NCBI GenBank assembly: GCA_013239625.1
Contig: MU054187.1
Coordinates: forward strand, 19,584,711 to 19,620,654
DNA from: Lama guanicoe
Taxonomy: Eukaryota
Direction: 5' to 3'
Length of the DNA: 35,944 bases
The notes under the pieces were generated by a model. The model was not told the origin of the DNA. It did not search any database and saw nothing but the letters and a program-made list of their open reading frames with translations. A program made the translations under genes and the position numbers. Below are positions 23,935 to 35,944 of the stretch, piece after piece (position 1 is the first letter of the stretch; every line of letters starts with the position of its first letter).

Positions 23935-24280
23935 CACTTGTTGATTCAGCATGTGTGTTAGGCAATTTACTTGTCACTGGGGATTCAGTCATGAGCAGCC
24001 CACACCAAGCACTTGTTTGCTCTTATGGATTTTATATTACATACAAAGTGATGAATACATAAACCAATTATAGGCATGTCTTTCAGAGAAAACAGAACAG
24101 GGTAATCTGATGTAATGAAAGCTATGAGGGTTGGCAGCTCTAGATGGGGCAATCCAAGAAGATCAGTCAAAGGAGGTGGACAGTTGAACTGACACTTGAG
24201 TGATGAGAAGACAGTGTGGAAAAGACCAGAGGAAAGGATGTTCCAGACACAAGGAGCAGCAGGAGTTGCTGGTTCCACAC
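23935..24280 (-). mobile_element. L2 fragment
   Basis: ttgattcagcatgtg...aggaggtggacagttgaactgacacttgag...gttccagacacaaggagcagc. Confidence 0.55.
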
Positions 24281-25865
24281 CCTTTCATGACAAGTTTACC
24301 CAAACATGACCACCAACAGTAAACCATGACAAAGGTGTAGATATATGTTCCTATAAACCACAACAAAAGTACAGAAAAAAAAAGTATGTTCCTGGAAATC
24401 AGAGTCTAAGCTCCATTGAGGGAAGAGCTTTCATCTGGATTTGTCCCTGATGGCTGTCCTGTAATCAAGTATTCAACAAAGTGCATGAAGGAAATCCTTG
24501 TTAGGTAGGTTGATGAGAGTCCAGCAACACTGCTATAGAAACACTTCAAGAATATTTCTGTGGACCAGTAGTTTCACATTCCTCTGTCAACGTATTGAGC
24601 ACCTGATTATTGCTGGAGGAATGGCAGAGCTGAGATTTTCTGGAAACAGCCACTGGCTCCTTTATTGACTTCATATAAACAAGAATAGTAGTAACTTATA
24701 GTAAAGGATCTTGGCAATGAAAGGATTAAGAGGTGAAAGGGTAGTCAAATCTACAGGAAGGAATTTCATGTTAACAGAATAGGCTCGACAGGATTCCTTA
24801 CTTGAAGAGACATTGTCTTCAAAAGCAGCTAAATTTATGTTCCAAACAGGTGGGCCAGCCTGTGGAATGCTGATATTCTTTCTGTGCACGAGCTCGCTAA
24901 GTTATGTATGTATCGTGTGAGGTAGAGAAATCTTTCTAGACAACAAGCTGTCCAGAAAGCAGAAGCCCACATGTCATATTCTATGCGTCTGCCCTGCTTT
25001 CTAACTGGGAACATGAGCAACTGCCTAGTCCCTCCATAATTTATCCTCATCTCAGTTCCAAAGACTTACTCCTGCTGCATAAATAAGGCAGAATTGTCCC
25101 CTCCTCAAATAACCATCCTCTTTCACCACCGCATCGGTGTGGACTGCCATGTGAATAATGTGTATGTGATATAGAGACTCACACTAAAAACAATTCTGTG
25201 TTGTACAATCCTGAGTTCAACACCCTTTGAGAAATATTTTCTCCTTGTTTAAATGATAAGAACTCAGATTTAACCGAAACTTTAGAGATCATCCTTTTTT
25301 GAAAACTAGTGGAAATTATACTATTTACATTTTCAAACCCAGTTTCATTGTATTAAGCTCACATCGGCAAATAATTTTCACAAAATCTTCTTTTTTTTTT
25401 TTCTCACAAACCTGCTATGTCCAAGGCACTGTGCTAAGTGTGGTGAGGAATATAATAATAAATAACACATGATTTCCACCTCTCCTTAACAATCCAACTT
25501 CCTATTCTAACTACTAGCATGGAACCAAAGTAAAATACAATATAAAGCCTTTTAAAATGCTGTGTTTTGACAATCATCTTAATAATGGGAATTTTTTTTG
25601 CACAAAAGACATTTGCAGCTCTCCTAATTTTTTTTCACTTTTAGCATCTTTCATTAGCATATAATGCGCAAAAGATAAGCGATACCTTCATCCCATCCTC
25701 AATTCCCCCTCACTCCTAACCTCCCTTCTGCATCCTGAGCTCTATACCATCCATGACTTAAAGTTCCGAGTGCCTTACTCATTCACCAAGTATTTGCTGG
25801 ATTCATGCATTAATTAATATGAAGAATGAGGTATGGATTTAGGGTACATAATCATGCTTAATGTA

Positions 25866-25867
<2 letters not shown>

Positions 25868-25895
<28 letters not shown>
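25868..25895. repeat. (TG)n microsatellite
   Basis: Read directly. Confidence 0.9.
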
Positions 25896-25898
<3 letters not shown>

Positions 25899-26775
25899 TT
25901 TTAAACAATGAAGCCAGGGGCTCAAATCTGTGTTTTACAACAGAAGGGTGATTATAAAGGGTAGAGTAAGTAGATGTAAATTTGCTTACAAGGCAAGAGA
26001 TAAGAGATAGCGAGGGACTGGGCAAAAGTATGGTGACAAGATGATGGAAAAGCAATGGATGGAACTGGAAGTTATATAGGAAGGGTGTAGGAAGCTCCTT
26101 TCTTCTGGAGCAGCCTGGTCTCCATAAACAAGGGAGAAAATCTGCCTTTGTTCTGGAAAAGAATTCCCACAGAGGGGACTATGGTTTTGTTCACAAATAC
26201 TCAAATACAGCATTTAAATGCACATACAAAGCCTCTTTCACCAAAGCTGTGGGAAAGGGTCTTCAATGACAAGGGTCTTGCCTTGCTTTGAAAACATGGA
26301 GATGGGGGACATGGCCCCGGACTCTCAGTGCTGGCTCGGGGGCCAGGTGCTCTCCGGTTCAAGCCAGTTGCCTCGCCGTTTGCTCTACAGCGAGCAGGTT
26401 CCATGGAACACATGACTCTGACCTTTGTCTGAGTTTATTTCTTTTGGAGGAAATAGGAGTATTTTTTTCTACAGTTTTTAAGTTGAAGAGGAAACATGAC
26501 CAACTGCTGGATAATAAGCAGCAGAGACAAAGCCATGATGAGGGAGTGTTTTCACTGCATGTGTGTGATAGGTCAAGGGAGAGCTCAAGCCAAGGCTCTC
26601 CTTTAACTGAAGCAAAGTTCCATCATCAGTCCCAGTGTTTTGGGGTTTGTTAGAGTTTTAAGATGAAATTCTGGTAGGAAATTTAGGCATGTTTTACTTG
26701 ATTCTCTCCCCCCACGGACTCCTGGGAACATTTCATACGAGAGTTGTTTTCCATTTCCTAGGTTTAAGAGACAAC

Positions 26776-26890
26776 CTGTAATGAAAAAGATTATGGAAAG
26801 GAATATATGTATGTATATGCATGACTGGGACACTGTGCTGCACACCAGAAATTGACACATTGTAACTGACTAGACTTCAATTAAAAAAAG
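26776..26890 (+). mobile_element. Short lineage-specific L1 3' tail with TSD agagacaac
   Basis: ctgtaatgaaaaaga...gcatgactgggacactgtgctgcacaccagaaattgacacattgtaactgac...aaaaaaa; flanked on both sides by agagacaac. Confidence 0.82.
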
Positions 26891-27989
26891 AGAGAGAGAC
26901 AACGTGAAGGTAACCTTATGTTAGTTTGTGTACCGCTCACCGAACACATGTTCACAGTGACTGAGCATTGGCTCTCTGACTTCAAAATGGTGATGGTTTG
27001 GGAAAGACTAAGTAAGCCAGTAGGCTAGGGATCAGTTAAAAATGTGGTGGCTAATTACAGACTTGTGGCTTCAAGTGTGTTGTGTAACTTCTTCACTTGC
27101 TCTCTTACTCATAGAAGAGATTCTTCATCCATCGTGTAGTAAGTAGGTTCAACTAGGAACCAATTAAAGAGCTGGCAAAGCACTTTCTGAATGTAGAGTG
27201 TGTCCTACTTTTTTTTTAACCAAGTAAAGCAAGCATCATTATGAAGAATTGACTGTAGGCAAAAGTGAACATATTGACTAAGAACACCAGAAAGGAATGA
27301 ACAGATGAACCCATTGTGATATCAGAAGAGACATCACCCAGGAAACGTCCAGGGAGGCAGACAGAAATACACATAAACACACCCAAGTTTGTTCTCTTCT
27401 GGCTGTGAGATCTTTGTGGGTAGGGTTTGTATCTTATTCATCCTTGGATACCCAGCCTTAGAGTTCTGTATGACTTGGTAGTTCTGTCTAGTTCATTGCA
27501 GAATTAGGAGGAAATCAATCAGATTGATTTAGATCACATTACAGCACAAATGAAAGGCGATGTCATTTTACTAGAAGTATTTACAACTTTTCAAAAGATC
27601 TTTATTAACTTCCCCAAACTGTAATCGAGCCAAGGGAAAATGTTCAGGTGTTGGATACCATGGGACAGAAGAACCAGTCTAGCCCCCTGAAGTTGCAGTA
27701 GTATGTCAACTGCTATGCAAGAAACCTTTTCAATCCACAAGGGATGAACACGCCCTGTCTCTTCCAAACTTCCATTCACATCCTCGCTTTTACCAATCTC
27801 AACCTAGTTGCATTCTATATGCTTTTTAAATTGTACACATATTGCATGATTTAAATGGCATAAATAGAGCTAAATGCAAAGAAGATATGCAGCTATGTGT
27901 TCATTAAATATCTAGTGAGTACTAGTCTCTGTGTTTGATGCTTTGGCACAAGAATGAGTAAAACAAGCAGGGAAGGCATGTGGGGACTG

Positions 27990-28590
27990 TGAGCTTCCAG
28001 AAGAGGACAGATGTGCCAGCAGTAGGCATTGTTTTTGGTTCATAATCAGCATTTGGAAAATAATATTTAGGAGAGAGAAGAAGGAAAAAGAGGTTGGGGG
28101 AGGAATAGAAAAAGAGAGAAAAGAATAAAGAAAAGAGGGTGAAGGGAGGAAGGGGGAGAGAGAGCGCTTAGGTGGAATGCTCACAATTAGGATGAACGTG
28201 TGGGTAGCCTGAGATGGGAAGTAAAAGGAGAAACACGCACTAGAGTGAAAACACCAGATAAAGCAGGTGCCACAAGAGGCACTAACTGTGACGTGATGCT
28301 GATAAAGAGATAGAACAGGAGCAGCCCATCCAAGGTCGATTCCGACTACAAGGAAGCACTGACAATTCTTTCTGGGAGGCACTTTGCTGTGGGACGTTCC
28401 TCCAGTGAACTCTGATCGAGTAAGAAAGCACAAACATCAGGCATCTGGCAACTACATTTGCCATCTGGGAGTTAACTTCCCTCCTGGCAAAAGTCCTCTC
28501 TCACTGGGTGAAATGTGCATCCCTACGCTTATTCGGTGGTTTGCCAAGATTCTCCAAATCTAAATGTTACTTCCCCTGCTACAAGATTCT
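27990..28590 (-). promoter_or_regulatory. FABP4: Orthologue of the aP2/FABP4 adipocyte enhancer, with PPARg/RXR DR1 sites ARE6 (28506-28518) and ARE7 (28406-28418)
   Basis: Minus strand reads ATGCACATTTCACCCAG (ARE6) ... CAGATGCCTGA ... CTTACTCGATCAGAGTTCAC (ARE7). This is collinear with the mouse -5.4 kb enhancer as recalled; outer boundaries are approximate. Confidence 0.85.
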
Positions 28591-28737
28591 TGATGATTTT
28601 TATACTGTGAAGATACAATCATTCTTTAAAATTTTGTCGTTATTTAAAATTTTTTTATTCAATTTTAACTAACATCCTTGAGACATTTTTGTGGTTTCCT
28701 TAATACATAGAGTTATGTGAAAGAAAGATGCCTAAGT

Positions 28738-28836
28738 TGTGGGGTTAAGACATGGAAATTCTGTTCCCACTATTCACTAGCTTGTGATCATTGGCAAGCT
28801 AATTAATTTCAACTCAGCTTTCTCATCTGTAAAATT
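28738..28836 (+). mobile_element. MIR fragment
   Basis: cactagcttgtgatcattggcaagc...ctcagctttctcatctgtaaaat. Confidence 0.65.
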
Positions 28837-29324
28837 CGAAAGTTGTATTTGATACTATTGTTTAAATTAGTAATGTTAAATATCAGATAGTTTATATGTT
28901 GCCCAGCATATATTTGCACGTGCTGCCTAGCAGACACTTAACTTGACATGTGACAGCTAGCACTGACAGGAGGAGCCGGAGGGGGAGTAATAGTAGGAGC
29001 AGTATAATAGTCATTAGGTGCCAGAAGACAAACCCAGAGTGGGAAGAATCAGAGAATTTTCTCTTACGCACACTAGTCTTACTTTCAGTCATATTTGGTT
29101 TAGATCTCTCATAAGGTTGAGTTTTCTGCAAGCAATGATTCTAGAGTAAAAATTCAGTTGTGAGAACACAGAAATCCATGAAATTGAAAATAAGTTTTCT
29201 TGATCTCCATGATTCAAAACAAGAATTGTTTTTTCTTGAGAACATGATATCATTAACATGATACCACGTTAATACTCTTTTCCTCTCACTGGAGAAAATT
29301 TTCCTCCCCAAATGGAAATATTTT

Positions 29325-29870
29325 AATTTTTTTAAAAATTAATATGTGTTTAACATAAAAATTCAAACAATAGAGATATAGAGGAGAATGTAATCTTTCC
29401 ACTCTGAAGATCATTACTTTTAATAATTCAGTATATGTCGTTTCAGTCGAGGCATCTGCAAACACATAGAATATGAATATGAATATTTACCAAAGACAAT
29501 GGGTGATATGTCAAGACTTTGTACACACATGGTCCTCCACAACTTTCATCTTTACTTACTAATAGATCATGGACACCTCTTCATGGTGATGAATATAAAT
29601 ACATCTCGTTTTTTTAAATTGCTGCCAAGTATTCCGTCTACATGTGAGCCGTATTTTAACTAATACTTTCACTTTTCATTGTAAAAAAAATTTTACTAAC
29701 CATTCTTGTACATATATATCTTTGTCTATTTATGTTAATATTTCTGTAGAATCAATGCTTAGAGATAGAGCTGCACGGCCAATGGATATATACTTTTTAA
29801 ATGCTGATACATATTATTGAACTGACCTACAAAGAGGTTATGCTCTTTAAACTCCCACCACTAGTGAATG
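29325..29870 (-). mobile_element. Ancient L1ME-like 3' fragment
   Basis: aaaattcaaacaata...cattcttgtacatata...actcccaccactagtgaatga. Confidence 0.5.
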
Positions 29871-32329
29871 ATATTACCTAGTCTTCTCGATGGAACTAGC
29901 TTAAGATAGGGCTTTCTTTCAGTGGGACTTGTCATCTGAGATAGTCCACATGGGTACAAGGTGAGAAGACAACAGAATACAAGAGCCAAAAGCCAGGTCT
30001 AGCTCATGGTGCTCAGTAGTCACTCAACACATATTTGCTGATGGGCTGAGTATCTGGCTGTCTAACCATGATCGTCAAAGTCCTGGCTTAGGGAAGGCAA
30101 ATGAATTGGATGAAGAAATAAGAAATAAGTAGCACTATGCACAAACAATAATATTCGTGGTCTCCTACTTTAAAAAAGTGTAAGACGTTGAAGAAACTTC
30201 TCTTGATGGTTTGACCTTTTCAAGCTCCGGTAAGAAAGAGATGGAATACCCATCCTTTTATCATGTATTTTCATCAGCTTTTCAAATAATGAGGCAGGAA
30301 AATTACAGTGACTATACTTTGGTCATAACTATTCTCTCAAGACCAATCAAGACCTTACAAAGTATGGTTTTCCCCTTTGTGCCTTCCGGTGATTGAGAAT
30401 TTGCCCTTACAGTTCCCAGTGGAGGTAATTTTCTTTGTTAGTAAGTATAGGAAGCAGGTTTGAAATGTCGTATATTTCTGGAATAAAAAGGACTTACTGT
30501 GATTTTAATTCTTTTGAAATGCTTATTCCCTTTAGTGTAAAAATATTAAAGATTGCCATCCACAGACTAAAGACCATGTTGCATAAGCGGATTTATCAGT
30601 CAGGGAACTAGTTACCTCAAACAAAGTGTAATATTGCAATAAAGATATGATAATAATCAAAGATGTTTTTAAATAGTGTAGGAGTTCTTTTAAGGTGGAA
30701 ATAGACAGAGAGAAAAGTCTAGCATAAAATCTGATTTAAAATTCAGAAAACTGTAGATTGTGTTCCCTAACATTGTGATCCCCACACCTCAGGGTGCACC
30801 ACTGGGACCATGTGCCCTTTCTTTACCCTCCCATGGTTGCACAGCACGAAACTGCCTCCTGATCATTAGTATTGCACAGAGCAAGCATTCTACCAAGAGT
30901 AATTGTTTGCCTACATAAAGGCACCAGTCATTCTTCAAAGACACATCAATGAATACAAATGCAGAAAAACTTTGAACAACCCTATTAAAAATTGCTACTA
31001 CTGTCAGATATTGGTAAATGAAAAACTAAGTAGCAACAGTTTCATCTAATGCAAATAAAGTCAATCCCTGGATTATTTCTGAGTGGATTAACCATCATGT
31101 ACATGTGTGAAGAATCGTGAATTACTCTGACATGAGTTGATTTCCTTTTTCCCCAAGGATTTCTCTTACCTCCTTTCCCTGCCCTGGAGAAATCACTTAA
31201 TGTTTTGGTAAAACGTTTGGGGAGGTTGTTAATTTCACATAGGCATTGAATCCTGTGCTTTTTCAAACAACCTTCGAAGCTTATATTTTTAAAGTGTGTG
31301 TTGTTGCTCCAAGAGATGCCCTGGAATATACCTACGTTCCTTAGAATGTTTCTAATTATTTCTTAAGTCCCCAAAGAAAGGAGTTCTGGCTTAGGGAAAA
31401 CATCTAATGTAAAATACTGTTTTAAAAAATTTGCTTTGCATAATGCATCTGAGTTTCATAAAATGTGTTTCCTTCTCTTTCCTGGTTTAGCCAAAGGAAG
31501 GGATCGGCATCCTTTCAATAATGTTAACAGGCAAGACTATACACACTTCAGCGTTCCCAGGGATGCCAAAGTGGAATTTCCTTTCATCCAGATTTCTTCA
31601 GGGTTTTGATTCCTGACTCCCCTAAAACTTGGGAGCAGCTATTCCAGCTTCTGCTCTTTCCCCTAGTTATCTTGCCAAATTCTGCAAATGTCATTCTTGC
31701 TTCCTCCCAAATCACACCCGGAGACATTGTCCTCACTTTTTTCTGGATGGCCTTTTTCCCCTTGCCCTTTGACATACTTCTGAGTTCCTCAGGGCTACAG
31801 AATATGGCCTATTTTAAATCAAGTCAATGACACATTCTCAGTTTCCATATTCATGTTTTTCTTTAAAAGTCTGATACATGTATTGTCCTTATTCAAAAAT
31901 AACATTCTATTTTTAAAAATCACAGAAAAGTAGTCCAAAGTGGAGCCCAACCATTTCATAGCTGCAAAAATATCTGGAACATAAAACCTTAGGGAACAGA
32001 TCTTCTAAAAGTTCATTATTCCTTCTAAATGTTGCATATATGCCTAATAGCGTAATTTGGAACTACAAATGAAAAAACCTAAAAATATAAAAGAAGGCAT
32101 AAGATAATTTTACATGTAATATGTGGGCTCAAATCTTTGCTGATTTTAAGTTAATTTTTACTAATAATGTGCCTTTATCCTTTATGGAATGTAGGAAATA
32201 CTATTCTTAAAATTTTTACTGTTCTCAATTTTCCAACTAGATTCATCTCATTACTGCAATTTGACAACAACACTAAGGAAATAATTAGAAAAGAAAGAGT
32301 TATGCTGCCATCACTGAACTCTAGTGAAT

Positions 32330-32420
32330 TCTCTCTGTTTTACAGATGAGAAAATTGATCCCCAGTATGTCATATGGCTTGTCCGAATTTACGCAGATAC
32401 CTGCTCGACGAACATCAAAA
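32330..32420 (-). mobile_element. MIR fragment
   Basis: ttttacagatgagaaaattga...ggcttgtccgaatttac. Confidence 0.5.
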
Positions 32421-33449
32421 CAGAGTTCTTTTGGCTTTATAGGTAAGCTCTCTTCCATATTGAAATTTTGTCTTCCCAGTATTATTCTATTTCCCTTAAA
32501 TTAGAGTGCAAAGCTCATCTTGCTAAAAGTTATAATATTGAACACTTTCAAGCATCTCCTTATGTTTTCTTGGTGGTGTGTTGTCTCTTGGATCCTCTGC
32601 CCCCGCCTCTAAGACAGTATATCATAAATAACACTGTGTTCCTAGAAAGATTTCAGACATTAGTGCTGGCATCAAAGACTTTAAGGATGAAGGACTGGAG
32701 TCCCCATCATGTCTCTGTTCAGCTTAGCTACCTGTCTAGCCCCCTGTAAAAACTAGATGGATCATAGACGTTGATGACGGTCTACCATAAGTTTAACCAG
32801 ATGTTTGTTATCCCAACCAGAGCTGACGTACTAGCTGTAGCGTCTTTACTGCATCGGACAAGCACATCCAGAGATCTAGGTGAGCAGGTGCTGTCAGGTG
32901 GGGCTCCCCAAAGGTAGCAGGATCACGAAGGCACTACCTGGGACTCGACCAGGAGGCTGATTAACCGGAATAAGGCCCAGCCCCTGGAGTAAGGCAGCAA
33001 GTTCATCAAAGTTGTCTACCAAGTAGACTCTGGGTCCCCGAAACAAGAAGGAAACCCAAGTACCAGAATCCAGACATGGATGCTCTGGAGGCTAGGCTGG
33101 GTGATCGGAGGGTGTAACAATGCTGTCTCCAAATGAGGACCCAGATGTAGCTTGGGCTTCCTGCGAACAGCAAAGCTGAGATTCCAGGAAAGGAAGAAGT
33201 GACCTCAAGCTCGGGGAGACAAATGAGCAACCAGGGCCTAAACAGGTCAAAATAACCATGCCCAGTTCCCACCCTCCCTCCCCTGACTGGGCTTTTAAGG
33301 TCATTTGTTTCTGTGTAATGTTTTTTATTTTAATGTCTGTCTTCTGCCAGCTATGATGATTACTTTTCCTTTTATTAAAATTAGTGATAATAACATTAAA
33401 GCATGGTTAAATCTATTGGGGAGACTGGACTTTAAAATAAATAAAGGTA

Positions 33450-33830
33450 ATATAGAGTAAGAGGTGCTTTAGTACAGGCATGTACAAGCTTCAGAGGGAA
33501 TAATAATTTTCTTCGGAATGGTCACAGAAGCCTTGACAGGTCGAGTCACATTTTAGCTTAAGGTTAAAAGCTGAAGAGTCCACCAGACAGTCATAGAAGG
33601 GTGTTGCAGGCAGAGGCATTTCTTCATCCTGTATGAGTCAAGGTGGAAGGTGAGGGTGGAAAGGTACAGAGAGGTACGTGACCAAGAGCACTGGCTCCTC
33701 TGCAGAAGAGTCTGGATTTGTGGGGGTAAACTATTGAGAAGATTTTTAAGCTGCAGAGATGTGAAAATTTTTAATCCATGGAGGAACACAATTTACCTTT
33801 TATAAAATTCATTCTAGCAGCACTGTGTGA
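33450..33830 (-). mobile_element. L2 fragment
   Basis: ggtcacagaagccttgacag...ctattgagaagatttttaagc...aaaattcattctagcagcactgtgtga. Confidence 0.5.
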
Positions 33831-35215
33831 GTTGGGACTGGATTCACATTGGCAAAAGGAAGACAAGAAAGCCAAGGGGACTCCAAAGACGAGAAAGCTA
33901 GTGAAGTGTTGTTAAAACAGAGCGGCAGGGAGGGGATGTGCATCTATTCAACCTGTGTTTTTTAACCGGGATTCTCCCATCTTAATTCTGAGCAAGATAC
34001 ACAGGAATCCCCACCCTGTGCCTGGCAGTCCTCCTCTCCAGCCTCACTCTCTCTCTCTGACACTGGTGATATGGCCTTTGAAACATCTTTGGAACTGACC
34101 CTGGACAGCAACCATGAAGCCTCTCACATCTTTGTCTTCCTGTTTCCTTTTTGCTAAACCTTGAATGGAGAACTGTTTCTTAAGGTAAGGAACACTGGTC
34201 ACCTTGAAGTCTTATTATAAATGCCTATTTCTAGACCCTTCCTGGCAATCAGAATTCTCTTACAGATGAACATCAAATCTGTACTTTTTATAGTCTCCCC
34301 CGGGGAGAATGACTTTGAGAAGCCCTGCAAGAGATCACCAGGTAAGTGGTTCTTAAACTTAGCTAACCATCTCACTGGCTTGGGGAACTTCATAAAAGTA
34401 GCCTTGGAGGCCCCATCTGTCCAGAGATCTGAAGGCTTCAGGTTGAGTGGGGAATCCTGACTTAGCAGGAGCCCTCCTGGAAGCTGGAGGCGTATCAGGT
34501 TTAAGAACCATCGCCTACTATTGCTTTCCTGGTAGACGATCTTTCTCCTGCTTGAATAAACGAACCGATTAGTCACAACCCTTCCCTTGTGTAATTACAA
34601 AGGGATGGCTGCGTTGCCATTTCGTTGAATTGAAATTGCCAGAGGAAGATCTTAAAAAACAAAGAGGCTGAGATGAAAGAGGAGCATCCTTCTCACAGCA
34701 TACTGCTGCTAAGAGAGGGCCTTGAGAAGGCATGGCTCCTGGTGACCACAGCGCTTCTTAATTTAGGCCTTACAAGGTGCACATTAGGCAGAAAACCACC
34801 TGACATGGGACAAAGAGTTGCCTTTGATCTTATCTCTTGTATCAGAGCCCTTCTCTGGCTCCTCCCTCATTTGTCTCAGAAATCTTGGGGCAACTCCCAT
34901 TAACTGGGTAATACCTGTGTTTCCAGTTCAGAAGGCAAGGGTCATCAGTTTTCCACTTGCTCACCTGCTGGGGTGTGTGAGGATTTTAGGATCTGAAAAT
35001 GATCTAATCCAATAATGGGCCTTTTGGGGGTGGGAGAAGAATTAGGGCAGCATAAGAACTTTGGATGAGCTAAATGGTCATTCATAGTTGTAAATAAAAA
35101 GACAGCAATGGGAAAAAAAAAAAACCCCACCTTCCTGGGTCTTGGTCACCATATCAGAACCCAAGTCCGATGACGGCAGGAGTTCATGTAACTTAAAGTA
35201 AGATTAAAGAGTTGA

Positions 35216-35944
35216 AGGGTAGAGAAGAGGCAAGATGGCGGAGTAGAAGGATGCTCGTAAGTCACCCTCTCCCACAAATACACCAAGACCCACATCTACA
35301 GACCCACTCAGCCAACCAGAGCACCTGCGGAACTCCAACAGATCATCGCCCTCTTCAAAGGATAAAGACGCCAAAAATCTGGTAGGAGAAAAGGAAAAAA
35401 GAAAGAACAAAAGGCAAAGCAGCGCGGGACGGGTCCCGCGGGGAGGGAGCGGCAAAGGAGGACTGGCGCTCGCTCGCTGGGTCTCCCCTCTCCAACTGAG
35501 AGGCCAGCGGGACGGAGGGGGAGCCTCCGAGGCTCGGATCTGTACAGAGCAGCCCTTGTCTGACAGAACTAAGTTAAACGGGCACAGAGCGTCCCCCCGA
35601 CACCCAGCCTGAGACGCGGGCCGGCAGCGGCGGGCAGGGCCAGGCTGCACAAGCCGGGTGGAGGATGGGGGCGGCTGCACGGAGGCAGCTCCGGGGACTG
35701 CAAGGGGCCGGGCGCCGTGGCTGTGGGTGTACAGGGCAGAACAACCTGGGCGCTCCATAAAACAGCAAAGTTGATGTGCTCTCGGGGGAAGGGTGCATAC
35801 CCCCATCTCTGAAAACCCGCGGAAACTTTTCAGGGGAAGAGGGGCGGGGCCCAGGCAGAACCGCCATATTCTCCGGCGCTTAGCACCCAGGCTGGGGCAG
35901 GGGCGAAACCTGCATCTGCACCGAAGAGCTTAGCAGCCTCAAGG
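35216..35944 (+). mobile_element. Young CpG-rich L1 5'UTR (continues beyond the window)
   Basis: CAAGATGGCG YY1 motif at 35231-35240; abrupt GC/CpG-rich switch; tt/aaaga endonuclease-like site just upstream. Confidence 0.8.

Noticed and set aside
27912..28433. 173-aa ORF
   Set aside because: It is a low-complexity translation of a purine-rich tract overlapping the enhancer.
34818..34830. DR1/TCF-like motif TTGCCTTTGATCT
   Set aside because: Several mismatches to DR1 and no supporting context.
35204..35806. 200-aa minus-strand ORF (ORF0-like?)
   Set aside because: It is antisense to a GC-rich L1 5'UTR where stop codons are rare, and shows no recognisable homology.
1..35944. PMP2 or FABP12 exons, or prokaryotic-type systems (CRISPR, operons)
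   Set aside because: No further FABP-like exons were found. The DNA is mammalian, and the remaining short ORFs are chance or TE-derived.

Overview
Mammalian genomic DNA, AT-rich and repeat-laden. It is probably camelid, inferred from two tRNA-Ala-derived SINEs and the L1 3' tails. The window covers part of the FABP cluster (PMP2-FABP9-FABP4-FABP12 order in other mammals). Two intact 4-exon genes lie on the minus strand, each with 73/173/102/51-bp coding exons and encoding 132 aa. FABP4/aP2 is join(18605-18677,15955-16127,15235-15336,14715-14765). FABP9 (testis lipid-binding protein/PERF15) is join(10889-10961,8252-8424,7698-7799,7483-7533). The FABP4 proximal promoter (TATA, AP-1, C/EBP) is readable. 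An orthologue of the mouse aP2 adipocyte enhancer (ARE6/ARE7 PPREs) lies about 9.7 kb upstream, with a variant ARE7. The remainder is L1, L2, MIR, SINE and hAT repeats. The best leads are a ~1.7-kb composite L1-derived insertion (sense 5'UTR, inverted ORF2/3' pieces, own poly(A) end) that splits a Charlie DNA transposon, a cysteine-free FABP9 with bulky substitutions at putative cavity positions, and a young CpG-rich L1 5'UTR at the right edge. No clearly new multi-gene system is supported. Repeat boundaries and family names are by-eye estimates.
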